DNA of 64,000 bases from Fluviicola taffensis DSM 16823. Lineage in GTDB: Bacteria > Bacteroidota > Bacteroidia > Flavobacteriales_D > Crocinitomicaceae. The stretch is taken from NCBI RefSeq assembly GCF_943372375.1, contig NZ_CALRYJ010000007.1, positions 85,128 to 149,127 on the forward strand. Reading direction: 5' to 3'. Below the pieces are notes generated by a model. It was not told the DNA's origin, searched no databases, and worked only from the letters and a program-made list of their open reading frames with translations. This document shows, in pieces, positions 42,248-52,635 of the stretch. Numbering within the stretch: position 1 is the first letter of the stretch; each line of letters opens with the position of its first letter. Both the position numbers and the translations under genes were made by a program.

Positions 42248-43558
42248 TTATTTCTTACGGAAGTAGATCCGAACAGGAACCCCTTCAAAATCGTACATTT
42301 CACGTAAACGATTCTCTAGGAAACGCTTATAAGAATCCGGAATATACTGTGGTAAATTACAGAAGAATGCAAATGCAGGAGCATGTGTTGGCAACTGTTG
42401 CACGTATTTGATCTTCACGTATTTTCCTTTTAATGATGGCGGTGGATTGCTATCGATAATCGGAAGTAACCGGTCATTCAATTCGGAAGTTGAGATTTTG
42501 CGTGTACGATTTGCGAAAACATCCATTGCTTTTTCCAAAGCTTTATGGATCCGTTGTTTGGTAAGCGCAGAAGTAAAGATGATCGGAACATCGTTGTATG
42601 GAGCCAAATCATTTCTCAAATTCTTTTCATATTCAACAGCAGTCATCGTATCTTTCTCTACCAAATCCCATTTATTGACCAAAACAACCACTCCTTTGTG
42701 ATTCTTCTCAATCATATAATAGATAGTCAGATCCTGTTTTTGGATTCCTTCAGTAGCATCGATCATAAAGATACAGATATCTGAATCTTCAATAGTACGA
42801 ACCGAACGCAAGACCGAATAGTACTCAATGTCTTCCGTTACTTTCGCTTTCTTTCTGATTCCTGCCGTATCAATCAACATGAAATCAAAACCAAAAGCTT
42901 TGTAGCGTGTATCGATAGAATCTCTGGTTGTTCCGGAGATATCTGTTACAATATTTCTTTCTTCACCGGTAAAGGCATTGATCATGGAGGATTTCCCAAC
43001 ATTTGGTTTTCCAACGACAGCAATGCGCGGTAAATTCGCTTCTTCTTCTCCACGAGGGTCTTCCTTGTCAAAGTATTTGACCACTTCGTCCAGAATTTCT
43101 CCCGTACCGGAACCATTTGCAGCAGATAGATCGAAGACTTCTCCCAATCCGAAAGACCAGAATTCAGCAGACATTCCGACACGGTCGTTGTTGTCCACTT
43201 TATTGGCAATTACCAATACTTTCTTTTTGGATTTGCGTAGAATTCTAGCAACAGTTTCATCCAAATCGACGATTCCTGTTGTAGCATCCACTACAAATAA
43301 AATGACGTTTGCTTCTTCGATCGCAATTTCAACTTGTTTGCGGATTTCTCCTTCAAAAATATCTTCTGAACCTTTTACGTAACCCCCAGTGTCAATCACT
43401 GAAAATGGAATTCCGTTCCATTCACCACGACCATAGATGCGATCGCGTGTCACCCCACTGATTTCCTTTACGATGGCATGATTACTTTCAGTTAAGCGGT
43501 TGAATAGGGTGGACTTTCCTACATTTGGGCGTCCTACGATGGCAATAATATTTCCCAT
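42248..43558 (-). CDS. der: Ribosome biogenesis GTPase Der/EngA
   Basis: Two G-domains GRPNVGKS and [17 protein letters not shown]-terminal KH-like domain. Confidence 0.97.
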   Translation of the reverse strand: MGNIIAIVGRPNVGKSTLFNRLTESNHAIVKEISGVTRDRIYGRGEWNGIPFSVIDTGGYVKGSEDIFEGEIRKQVEIAIEEANVILFVVDATTGIVDLDETVARILRKSKKKVLVIANKVDNNDRVGMSAEFWSFGLGEVFDLSAANGSGTGEILDEVVKYFDKEDPRGEEEANLPRIAVVGKPNVGKSSMINAFTGEERNIVTDISGTTRDSIDTRYKAFGFDFMLIDTAGIRKKAKVTEDIEYYSVLRSVRTIEDSDICIFMIDATEGIQKQDLTIYYMIEKNHKGVVVLVNKWDLVEKDTMTAVEYEKNLRNDLAPYNDVPIIFTSALTKQRIHKALEKAMDVFANRTRKISTSELNDRLLPIIDSNPPPSLKGKYVKIKYVQQLPTHAPAFAFFCNLPQYIPDSYKRFLENRLREMYDFEGVPVRIYFRKK

Positions 43559-43611
43559 TTTTTGTTTTTTAGACGTACTTCACAGCACTGCGTTATAGAT
43601 AATCCCGGGTA

Positions 43612-44487
43612 CTAATACCCGTACTTTTTCAATTTTTGTTCACTGGCTCTCCAGTCTTTGTCCACTTTCACAAAGGTTTCCAAAAATACTTTTTGACCCA
43701 GGAAAGCTTCCATATCCAGGCGGGATTCGCGACCAATGCGTTTCAACATATCTCCTCCCTTACCGATTAGAATTCCTTTTTGGGAATCCCGTTCCACGAT
43801 AATCAATGCGCGAATGTGCGTGATGTTCTCTGCTTCCTGATAGGATTCGATTTCCACCTGACAAGCATATGGAACTTCTTTATCACAATGCAAGAAGATC
43901 TTTTCACGGATCATTTCAGAAATAAAGAAACGAACCGGACGATCTGACAATTCATCCTTGTCAAAGTAAGCAGGACCTTCAGGAGCCAATTGTAGAATTC
44001 GATCCCAAATTACATCGATATTGAATTTATGCAAGGCAGAAGTTGGAATGATTTCCGCATTGGGAACTTTTTCTTTCCAATATTGCACACGCTCTTCCAA
44101 TTTCGTTTGGTCAGCCAAATCAATCTTATTCAAGATTAATAAAACCGGAATTTTCAATTTCACAATTCGCTCAAGCGTTTCCTTGTGATTCATTTCGTTT
44201 TCGGTCATATCTGTGATGAACAACAAAATATCGGCATCCTTGAACGAATTTTCCACGTAACTCATCATGGCTTCATGTAACTTGTAAGAAGCGTTGACAA
44301 CTCCGGGAGTATCTGAAAAAACGATTTGATGATCATCCCCATTCACTAATCCGTGAATACGGTGACGTGTCGTTTGTGCCTTGGAAGTGACGATGGAAAG
44401 CTTTTCACCAACCAATCCATTCATAAGGGTCGATTTACCAACATTTGGGCTACCAACAATATTTACGAAAGCTGATTTGTGAGACAT
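43612..44487 (-). CDS. era: GTPase Era
   Basis: GSPNVGKST, KAQTTRHRI, DTPG, NKID, KH domain; -7 box TACCTTTG at 44505-44512. Confidence 0.97.
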   Translation of the reverse strand: MSHKSAFVNIVGSPNVGKSTLMNGLVGEKLSIVTSKAQTTRHRIHGLVNGDDHQIVFSDTPGVVNASYKLHEAMMSYVENSFKDADILLFITDMTENEMNHKETLERIVKLKIPVLLILNKIDLADQTKLEERVQYWKEKVPNAEIIPTSALHKFNIDVIWDRILQLAPEGPAYFDKDELSDRPVRFFISEMIREKIFLHCDKEVPYACQVEIESYQEAENITHIRALIIVERDSQKGILIGKGGDMLKRIGRESRLDMEAFLGQKVFLETFVKVDKDWRASEQKLKKYGY

Positions 44488-44606
44488 ATACTAGAAATTT
44501 GGTGCAAAGGTACGCTTCTTATTCTAAAAAATAGCCGAAACGGGTGAATTCCTGCGTTAATAATCCCAAATTTCGAGACTTTTAATTCGGATTTCAATAA
44601 AACATA

Positions 44607-44693
44607 AAAACCTGTTTATCAGACTTCGACTTAGCTACTCTTATGCTAAAGCTTCAGCGTAAGCATGCAGTCGCCTCCAACAAACAGGTTTCT
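44607..44693. repeat. Hairpin enclosing a GCTAAAGCTTCAGCGTAAGC element
   Basis: AAACCTGTTT..AAACAGGTTT flanks; CTTATGCTAAAGCTTCAGCGTAAGCA (44640-44665) nearly identical to 20271-20295. Confidence 0.6.
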
Positions 44694-44716
44694 TTTCATT
44701 CTATTGTTGATTTAGG

Positions 44717-45118
44717 CTAGAATGGTTTCTCTTTGGAAATCGAGTCGCGGGTATTTTTCTGGACGGCTATTGCTCCAAACAGGGCAAGTACAAATGAAAA
44801 GGCGAAGAATCCTTTCTCGCTTCCCCACATGTTGGCATTCCACAAACCAACAACCAGTAGCGCGATAGATAAGATGGTACAAAACCAGCTGATCCCATAA
44901 TACAGATCGGTCACCGGAATTCCTTCCAATCGGTCGCGCACACTTTTTTGAACACTGATTACAGAAAACAACGCGAACATGATCACAGTGAAATAATATC
45001 CCTTATCGGATAATTGAAGTTCCTGGTTTCCGAAAATACCGGAGAAGTATCCGATTATTCCTGTTCCAAATGCTACCCAACTGGCAGCAATAAATGCAAA
45101 TGAAGGTTTCTGAGTCAT
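44717..45118 (-). CDS. yiaA: Inner membrane protein YiaA (YiaAB two-helix family)
   Basis: KPSFAFIAASW, EKGYYF/EKGFF, SVQKSVRD and AVQKNTRD duplicated halves. Confidence 0.88.
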   Translation of the reverse strand: MTQKPSFAFIAASWVAFGTGIIGYFSGIFGNQELQLSDKGYYFTVIMFALFSVISVQKSVRDRLEGIPVTDLYYGISWFCTILSIALLVVGLWNANMWGSEKGFFAFSFVLALFGAIAVQKNTRDSISKEKPF

Positions 45119-45294
45119 CCCTTTAAGTTTAAAAGTTTTGACAAAGATGCATCTTGCTAATTATTTAGTAAAACGGTTTAGTAATACTTGAGAAGAGTGA
45201 GTTGCGATTTTCCGTACAAGAGCCAGCCGCGGCTGGCGATAATGTAACAAACGTTAGTGCGGTTACCAAACAGCGAAGCTTGCGATAAATACAA

Positions 45295-45329
45295 TAAAAA
45301 AAGACCGCCAGCAGTTTCTGACGGTCTTA
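45295..45329 (-). terminator. Intrinsic terminator after the FG-GAP protein gene
   Basis: AAAAAAAGACCGCCAG-CAGTTT-CTGACGGTCTT. Confidence 0.7.
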
Positions 45330-45351
45330 AGTAAAGTAGCAGTATTGGGAA

Positions 45352-48300
45352 TTATCTCGTAAGAATTATTTTTTGCGCAGATTGCTTCCCGTTACTATCC
45401 GTAAAAGTTGCAAAATAGACCCCACTTTCAATACCGTCAAGTTCCAGCATTGTTTTTCCTGATTGTAATGCTTCGGTGTGAATCAATTGACCCGCTGCAT
45501 TGGTGATAACAACTGAAAGCGGATTAACAGTTTCAATGTAGATTGTACCGGCAGTTGGGTTGGGATAGACGCTGAATGCATTTGCTTCCAATTCGTTGAC
45601 AGCAAGATTTGTCAATAGAAAACAACTCGAAGAAACCGAACAAGATCCATTGCTGATAGTAACACCATAATTTCCATTTGCAGTAGGAACATACGTTTGA
45701 CTTGTCGCTCCGGGGATTGTATTTTCCGAATCGCAATCAAACCATTCGTAAGTAGCATTTGCTTGGGTAGCCATGAACGTAGTACCATCAAAGGTGATTT
45801 GGTCGCTCAGTGGAGTATAAATGACCGTTTGCGTTTGTGTAGAACTGTTTCCGGATGCGTCCGTAAAAGTCCAGGTGATGTTGGTTGTACCAGGAGTTGT
45901 GATTGGCAAATCTGAAGTAGTTCCGGTTATTACACCACTACAATTATCTAGTGCTGTCGGAATGACACTCACCGAAATAATCGGGCAATTATCTGTAATA
46001 GTTGGCAAGCTTGCACTTGGAGTTGGTGCAGTAATATCTTGGATAATCACCAATTGTGTTTGGGTGGTTACAAATCCATTAGGACTTGTGTATGTCCAAA
46101 CTACTTCCGTAGTATCCTGCAGTGTTATTGGGAATACCTGAGTAGTCGTACCTGTTGTTAAACCCGTACAATTCATCGTGGCTGTTGGTGCTGTAAGACT
46201 TACAACTTCACATTCTGATAGAACATTCGCAAGATTTGCAACCGTAGGTACAGCAATCGCATCACCGATCGTTAGGTGAAGAATTGCTACTGAATCACAT
46301 CCTTCACTATTTGGCATGGGGTAAACCATCGTAGCTGTAGAAGTGCTTTGAGTATATATATTTCCATCAATCCAAGTATATGGTCCACAAGCATACTGTA
46401 CATCGATAACATTCGATTGCTGGCAGTTGTTGTTTCTGTAGACATTTGATTGAAGACCTGTTACTTCATCATTTCCGCAAATAATTACATCCGGATCAAT
46501 GTCGCCGTCAATATCTCCGAAGGCAGCCATCCCATAAGAAGCTCCAATGAAAGGTGTCCCGGTAATCTCAGTGAATATACCTGAGCCATCATTGGCAAAC
46601 ATTTTCGCAATCGATCCACCTAAACTACTGTGTCCGATGGTCAATAAATCCGAATCTAAATCATTATCGATATCTGCAAACAAAAGCCCGCTTGTAATGG
46701 TCGGTTCGAAAGGCGTTCCTGCAACTAGTGTGAAGGTTCCTGTTCCATCGTTTGTATACAATTGTGCTGCATAGGTGCTTGGAGATCCGATTTCACCGGC
46801 AATGGCTAAATCCATGTCCTGATCATTATCAATATCTGCAAAGGCAATCGAACCTTGCTGTATCCCTGGAAATGGAGAAGGAATCAAGGTGAATGTTCCG
46901 GATCCGTCATTGGTGTATAAATGTGCGATGCGACCAAGATCACCATAACCTGTCAACAACAAATCATCGTCATTATCACCGTCGATATCTGCAAAAGCAA
47001 TATTTCCGTTATTTGAACCCTCAAATGTATTGGAAGCGGATAAAGTAAATGATCCTGAACCATCGTTTAACCAAAGTTGACCAACATTTCCAACGAAAAT
47101 GGTAAATCCGTTAATAAAGACATCTTGATCTCCATCACTGTCCACATCGTTAAACTGGATCGCTCCGGAAGAAACGGGTGGGAATGGAGTATTGGCAACT
47201 TCTGTAAACAATCCGGTTCCATCATTTGTAAACAACTTGACCACCTGACCAGTACCATATCCTGACATCATTAAATCATCATCTCCATCATTATCAATAT
47301 CGGCAAAATCGGCTGCAGCATTGGCAAGACCCGGGAATATATTCGCCGGATCAACTGTGAATCCCCCGTTACCATCGTTGAGGTAAATAAGCGAGTGGAA
47401 ACCTGATGCACCCTGACCATTCATAAACGCATCCAAATCACCGTCGTTATCCACATCTGCCAATTCTACTGCACCATAACTAAGTCCTGTAAACGGAGAT
47501 GTGCTGATTGCTGCAAAAACGCCGTTTCCGTCATTTTGATACAATTTTGCTGTTGAAGAACCGGTAACAACCAGGTCGTCATCTGCATCACCATCTATGT
47601 CTTCAAACGAAACACAGCCATTATAAACGCCTGTAAATGGCGTTCCTGTAACTGGTGTAAACAATCCACTTCCATCGTTGGAATACAAGATCGTATTATT
47701 CCCTAACCCTGGTACACTTCCGCAAATAACAAGGTCTTCGTCACCGTCGCTATCTACATCATTAAAATCGAGCCAGGCACTTCCGAAATCAGAAAAAGAA
47801 CTCGTATTATCCAATGTAAATGCACCAGTACCGTCATTGAAATACAATTTTGTTGTTCCACCTGTATTCGGATCGTTACCTGCAATTACCATATCCATAT
47901 CGGTATCATCATCAATATCCGAAAATGCAATGTCTGAACCGTTTAGTTGAGGGAAACTACTCGCCGTAACGGTGAAAACACCATTTCCGTCATTGAGGTA
48001 CATCCCGGAAAAAGTACCTGAATCCGCATAACCCATCAAGACTAAATCCGCATCACCGTCACCGTCCACATCACCGAATTCTGAGGTACCAAGGTATATT
48101 CCTGTAAAAGTAGCGCTTGCGATCGGATCCAAAGTGAAGTTCCCGGATCCATCATTCAGGTACAAATTTGCTTTTACACCACTGCTTGCTTGTCCGCAAA
48201 TCAGCACATCCATATCGGTATCGCCATCTACATCAGCTGTAGAAATTGAACTGTATCCGACACCATCAAAAGGAGTGCTGGCAACAGTAAATCCTCCCGA

Positions 48301-48693
48301 ACCGTCATTCGTATATAAAACGGCTGTCCAGTTCGAACTGCTTTGTCCACTAACAATTGCATCCTGATCGCCATCATCTTCCACATCTAAAAAGACAATA
48401 GATCCGTCGAAAACGCCTGTAAATGGAGTCGTAGGATCTAATTGGAATGCACCCGAACCGTTATTCAAATACAGGTTACATTTCATCGCGCCTTGCGCAT
48501 TTTGACCGGCAATGAGTAAATCGGCATCCCCGTCATTATCAACATCCGCAGATGCATGAGTACTACCGTTCAATCCTTCCAATTCATCAATGGTTTGAAT
48601 TGCCGGAGGCGGAGGTCCGATCTTTTGAAAATTATTTTGAGCTGTCAGTTGACTGCTCACTGCTAACGCAACTAAAAAGGAAAATCGTTTCAT
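45352..48693 (-). CDS. T9SS type A substrate with 14 FG-GAP/VCBS repeats and Ig-like stalk
   Basis: 14 DxDxDxDxD motifs counted; CTD VYPNPTAGTI..ESGVYF. Start ATG 48693 preferred over 48711. Confidence 0.9.
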   Translation of the reverse strand: MKRFSFLVALAVSSQLTAQNNFQKIGPPPPAIQTIDELEGLNGSTHASADVDNDGDADLLIAGQNAQGAMKCNLYLNNGSGAFQLDPTTPFTGVFDGSIVFLDVEDDGDQDAIVSGQSSSNWTAVLYTNDGSGGFTVASTPFDGVGYSSISTADVDGDTDMDVLICGQASSGVKANLYLNDGSGNFTLDPIASATFTGIYLGTSEFGDVDGDGDADLVLMGYADSGTFSGMYLNDGNGVFTVTASSFPQLNGSDIAFSDIDDDTDMDMVIAGNDPNTGGTTKLYFNDGTGAFTLDNTSSFSDFGSAWLDFNDVDSDGDEDLVICGSVPGLGNNTILYSNDGSGLFTPVTGTPFTGVYNGCVSFEDIDGDADDDLVVTGSSTAKLYQNDGNGVFAAISTSPFTGLSYGAVELADVDNDGDLDAFMNGQGASGFHSLIYLNDGNGGFTVDPANIFPGLANAAADFADIDNDGDDDLMMSGYGTGQVVKLFTNDGTGLFTEVANTPFPPVSSGAIQFNDVDSDGDQDVFINGFTIFVGNVGQLWLNDGSGSFTLSASNTFEGSNNGNIAFADIDGDNDDDLLLTGYGDLGRIAHLYTNDGSGTFTLIPSPFPGIQQGSIAFADIDNDQDMDLAIAGEIGSPSTYAAQLYTNDGTGTFTLVAGTPFEPTITSGLLFADIDNDLDSDLLTIGHSSLGGSIAKMFANDGSGIFTEITGTPFIGASYGMAAFGDIDGDIDPDVIICGNDEVTGLQSNVYRNNNCQQSNVIDVQYACGPYTWIDGNIYTQSTSTATMVYPMPNSEGCDSVAILHLTIGDAIAVPTVANLANVLSECEVVSLTAPTATMNCTGLTTGTTTQVFPITLQDTTEVVWTYTSPNGFVTTQTQLVIIQDITAPTPSASLPTITDNCPIISVSVIPTALDNCSGVITGTTSDLPITTPGTTNITWTFTDASGNSSTQTQTVIYTPLSDQITFDGTTFMATQANATYEWFDCDSENTIPGATSQTYVPTANGNYGVTISNGSCSVSSSCFLLTNLAVNELEANAFSVYPNPTAGTIYIETVNPLSVVITNAAGQLIHTEALQSGKTMLELDGIESGVYFATFTDSNGKQSAQKIILTR

Positions 48694-48835
48694 GAAAATG
48701 TTATAAATCATACTTGTTCACGAAAGTATTGAAAGGATTTGCCGCGATAAAAAATATGGTACGAACGACCAAGTGCTGTACATGAACTTCCTGTTGGGGA
48801 AAAGAACGGTGTTGATGAGGTGCGGAATGCGAAGG

Positions 48836-50905
48836 TTAAACCTTGTCCTTAAAGACGATGATAACGGCCATTTGCTGATCGCTATGGATAGTTATGGTAC
48901 CTGCAATTTGTTTCACCATCAATTGAACCAAGGTAAGTCCGAGGCTGGATTGATCCACAGGGGTGTTTTTTGTTTGCAATCCTACTCCGTTGTCTTTCAC
49001 GCTGAAAATCCAGCTGCCCGAATCGGTTTCGGGAGACAGTGAAACTTGTATTTCACCTTCTCCATTGGGGAAGGCATATTTCAAGGAGTTGGTAATTAAT
49101 TCATTCAGGATGATGGCCAAAGGCATGGCTAGTTTCGTGTGAAAAGAGACAGATGGAACGAAGACCTTCAATTTTACTTGAGGTTTGGACTCCAACAACG
49201 ATGAGTAAAAATCGATCACTCCGTTGAAATAATCTTGCATATTGACTTCCAGTTTCGACTCTCCAAGATGCAGCAGCTGGTGCATTACGGACATAGATTG
49301 GATGCGATTTTCACTTTTCAACAGGTAATCACGGATCTCATTATTTTCCGTTGAATCGGCCTGAATAGACAATAAAGAGGAAATCATCTGTAGACTATTA
49401 TTGACCCGATGATGGACTTCTTGAAGCAACATTTCTTTGTGTTGGTTTTCATTGGCAAGGAAGGCGGCTAATTTCTTTCGGTTGTTAATCGAACGTCGGG
49501 CAAAGTACCAAATAACAAGTCCCGATAGTGAAAAAACAATCAAAATAAGGATGAGGTACCTTTTTTGCTGGCTGCTCAGTTTGTTTTGCTGATTGAGTTG
49601 GGAGATTGCTTTATCGTGTTTGCGTTGCTCCAGATCAGCTTTCTTGTCAAATGAATATTGGAGAACCGTCTGGTAACTTTTTTCTTCTGCCTCCTGATTA
49701 ATAATACTGTCTCTATAAGAAAGCCACTGTTTTTGATGTTGGAAGGCAGATTTAAAATCGTTTGATGCACTATCCAATTGTATCAATGCCGCGTATGAGT
49801 CTCTAATATTTTGCTTCTCACGGATATCAAAACTTTGCCGGAGTGATAAATCAATCAGTGATTTTGCTTTTTTCAATTCTCCAAGTTTGATGTAAACTTT
49901 GGACATAGTCAAATAGGAATTCGTTGTTTCACTAACCTCGTTAACATACACGCTGTTTTTCAAAGAGGTCTCACAAATCGCAATCGCTTCCTGATATTTA
50001 CCGGTGTTGTAATACAATTTTGCTTTGTCGTTGTAAGCGATGGATAAACCAAGTCGATCATCGATGGATGAATAAACACGAATTGCCTTATCATACATTT
50101 TCAGGGCTTCCGGATACCTTTTCAGATCCTTGTAAACGATTCCGATGTTTACATAGGCATTTCCTATTCCATCTTTATCTTGTAAGCGAAGAGCGAGTTT
50201 CAAGGATTTTTGGTACATTCCTAGAGCTGATTCTTCGTTGCCCAGATCAGCATAAACATTGCCAATCGAATTGTATTCGTCCACCTTTCCGCTATCGTCC
50301 CTCAACTTGTCATAGTTTCTTAAGGATTTGAAATGCATTTTCAGCGATTCCGGAAGATTCCCTAAGGCATAGTAGGTAACGCCCAAATTCTGATAGACAT
50401 CCGCAAGTAGATCCGTGTTTTTTGTGCGTTTACCATATTTAAGTGCGTAAAAGTAGCAGCGCAATGAATTTTTATAATCGCTGTTGATATCATAGATTGT
50501 TCCAATATTCACCAAAGCATTCACAAAAGAAAGTTCTTGCTTATACTTTCTGCTATATTCCAGAGAACGGCGATACATTTTTAGAGCTTTATCATATTTC
50601 CCGTCGTATCCATAGGTAAACCCCAGATTTGAATAAGAGATGATAATGCCATTTTTATCATCAATTTTTTTTGATAAAGTCAGTGCTTTCCAACCGTATT
50701 TTAGAGAATTGTAAACATCGCCTTCATCTACAAGATCTGTGCACAAATGATTCAACAAATTAACTTGATTGCTGTCTAATTTAGCGACTTTCAACTCGCT
50801 CAACAGCTTTTGTTGCTTGGCATTTTGCCCGAAACAAGCAGATAAACAGGAGATTACAACAATCAATGAAGTAAGAAGAAAAGAAGCTAATGATCGATTG
50901 TTCAT
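48836..50905 (-). CDS. TPR-repeat sensor histidine kinase (HisKA_2 type)
   Basis: TPR repeats, TM, EVHHRVNNSLQ, ELITNSLKYAF, DNGVG. Start ATG 50905 (MNNRS) preferred. Confidence 0.9.
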   Translation of the reverse strand: MNNRSLASFLLTSLIVVISCLSACFGQNAKQQKLLSELKVAKLDSNQVNLLNHLCTDLVDEGDVYNSLKYGWKALTLSKKIDDKNGIIISYSNLGFTYGYDGKYDKALKMYRRSLEYSRKYKQELSFVNALVNIGTIYDINSDYKNSLRCYFYALKYGKRTKNTDLLADVYQNLGVTYYALGNLPESLKMHFKSLRNYDKLRDDSGKVDEYNSIGNVYADLGNEESALGMYQKSLKLALRLQDKDGIGNAYVNIGIVYKDLKRYPEALKMYDKAIRVYSSIDDRLGLSIAYNDKAKLYYNTGKYQEAIAICETSLKNSVYVNEVSETTNSYLTMSKVYIKLGELKKAKSLIDLSLRQSFDIREKQNIRDSYAALIQLDSASNDFKSAFQHQKQWLSYRDSIINQEAEEKSYQTVLQYSFDKKADLEQRKHDKAISQLNQQNKLSSQQKRYLILILIVFSLSGLVIWYFARRSINNRKKLAAFLANENQHKEMLLQEVHHRVNNSLQMISSLLSIQADSTENNEIRDYLLKSENRIQSMSVMHQLLHLGESKLEVNMQDYFNGVIDFYSSLLESKPQVKLKVFVPSVSFHTKLAMPLAIILNELITNSLKYAFPNGEGEIQVSLSPETDSGSWIFSVKDNGVGLQTKNTPVDQSSLGLTLVQLMVKQIAGTITIHSDQQMAVIIVFKDKV

Positions 50906-51041
50906 TCTGTTTCTGGTGTAGAAGCGTACGTTATTTTTGTATTTGGGGTGCAAGCAACAAATTTTAATGCATTTGTACAAAAGAATGGGATGAACTGCTT
51001 GATTTTGTATGTATCCTACCAGATTTAACCATTGCTGTTCT

Positions 51042-51743
51042 TTATTTGATGAGTTCCATCAGGTTTTCCCGGTAGGTTCTTCCGACTGGTAATTTGATGT
51101 TTTTGATTACAACATGCCCGGAAGCAAATTCCATTATTTTTTTTCGATTCACAACAAATGACCGATGAATGCGGATAAAATCGTTTTCGGGTAATTGTTG
51201 GTGTAAATCAGTGATTACGAATCTCAGCAGACGTTTTTTTTGTGTTTCGGTATGTAACAGGGTGTAATTTCCATCGGCCTCTAGCCATAAAATTTCTTCA
51301 TACGGAACTTGAGCCGTAGCTCGTCCGTCTTTCACCAGTAAGTATTGATCTGCAAGCCTCGATTCAGTGCTTGAATTGAACAGAGCCAATTCCATGGCTA
51401 TCAGCAAATCTTCCCTTTTAAAAGGTTTTACCAAGTAAGCATTCGGATGCGTGAATTTTGCCTTCGTGATCACATCGATACCAGAATGAGAAGTGATGTA
51501 AATAAAAGGGATCTGATACTTTTGGTGCAATAAGTTTCCCAAATCGATTCCCGTTTGCTTCCCTAACAGCATGATGTCGGTTAATACCATTTGAGGGTTT
51601 TCGTTTTCGATAACGGAAATGGCATCTTCTACATTGGTGACGCAGATCGTAGATGTATAACCAACACTCGTTAAGACCCTGGAAATATGCTCTGCTATAA
51701 GCAGCTCATCTTCAACAATTAATATCAGTCCTTTCGAGTACAT
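51042..51743 (-). CDS. LytTR-family response regulator
   Basis: ILIVEDE, TDIML REC; FIRIHRSFVVN LytTR. Confidence 0.92.
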   Translation of the reverse strand: MYSKGLILIVEDELLIAEHISRVLTSVGYTSTICVTNVEDAISVIENENPQMVLTDIMLLGKQTGIDLGNLLHQKYQIPFIYITSHSGIDVITKAKFTHPNAYLVKPFKREDLLIAMELALFNSSTESRLADQYLLVKDGRATAQVPYEEILWLEADGNYTLLHTETQKKRLLRFVITDLHQQLPENDFIRIHRSFVVNRKKIMEFASGHVVIKNIKLPVGRTYRENLMELIK

Positions 51744-51946
51744 TTAATAAAATGAAAAGACGTTCATAAACCTTGAATTCATATGTGTTCCGCGCTTTTT
51801 CTAAAGCACAACGAAGGTATGAAACTTTCGGATGGATGATGTTAGTTTCTCCTGTTTTTTCATTGAAAAAAGTGAAAAAATAAGTTGAAAACGAAAAGGT
51901 TAAATCTGAAACAAAAGCGACAATACATTATTTTTTGAGTGGATGC

Positions 51947-51976
51947 TTGCATTTCAATAAAAAGCGTGTATCTTTG
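51947..51976 (+). promoter_or_regulatory. Housekeeping promoter of the tRNA gene
   Basis: TTG-N19-TATCTTTG. Confidence 0.7.
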
Positions 51977-52040
51977 CAGTCCAATAGCGGAAACGTCTGT
52001 TAGGAATAAAGAAGAAATAGCAATAGTTATAACGATATAT

Positions 52041-52113
<73 letters not shown>

Positions 52114-52118
52114 CAAAG

Positions 52119-52149
52119 AAAAGGTTGTCAAGTTTTGGCAACCTTTTTT
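52119..52149 (+). terminator. tRNA terminator (duplicated at 62723-62756)
   Basis: AAAAGGTTGTCA-AGTTT-TGGCAACCTTTTTT. Confidence 0.8.
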
Positions 52150-52171
52150 GTTTTTATAGAAATCACTATTC

Positions 52172-52417
52172 ATGTTTGTCACCTATGTTTTATACTCTGC
52201 CACTTACAACAAAATCTATGTTGGTTATACATCGGATCTGATTGACCGCTTTCATTCTCACAACCAATTTGCATCAAAAGGTTACACGGTTAAATTTCGC
52301 CCGTGGGAAGTAATCTATGTTGAATTTTTTGACTCAAAGGAAGAAGCCATGAAGCGTGAGAAAGAACTAAAATCTTCCAGAGGAAGGGATTTTATAAAAA
52401 ATAAGATTTTAGAATAG
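52172..52417 (+). CDS. Stand-alone GIY-YIG nuclease
   Basis: TYVLYS..KIYVGYTSDL..R..HN, AMKREKELKS; 81 aa; stop TAG is the start of a tRNA-derived repeat. Confidence 0.9.
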   Translation: MFVTYVLYSATYNKIYVGYTSDLIDRFHSHNQFASKGYTVKFRPWEVIYVEFFDSKEEAMKREKELKSSRGRDFIKNKILE

Positions 52418-52483
52418 CTCGTCGGGCTCATATCCGTCAGCTGACGGACGCACGTTTCCGCCGCGGCGGATGTCCCCGCTACA
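52415..52483 (+). pseudogene. Partial tRNA-fMet copy with two palindromic replacements
   Basis: TAGCTCGTCGGGCTCATA[TCCGTCAGCTGACGGA]CGCACGTT[TCCGCCGCGGCGGA]TGTCCCCGCTACA, followed by a hairpin and T-run at 52487-52517. Confidence 0.9.
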
Positions 52484-52635
52484 AGGAAAAAAGGTTAATC
52501 GCAAGATTAGCCTTTTTTTATGCGCAATTTTTTGAAACGACGAGAAGTTTATGCCGACATGATTTTCAGGGAACGCGGAAGGTGTCTAGTCCTAAAATAG
52601 CGATACACAAAAAGAATAGGACTAAGACATCCGAA

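Noticed and set aside
45215-45262. GCCAGCCGCGGCTGGC palindrome plus ACGTTAG as an integron attC site making yiaA a cassette
   Set aside because: No properly paired R''/R' and L boxes could be built, and there is no integron integrase. It may be a decayed repeat.
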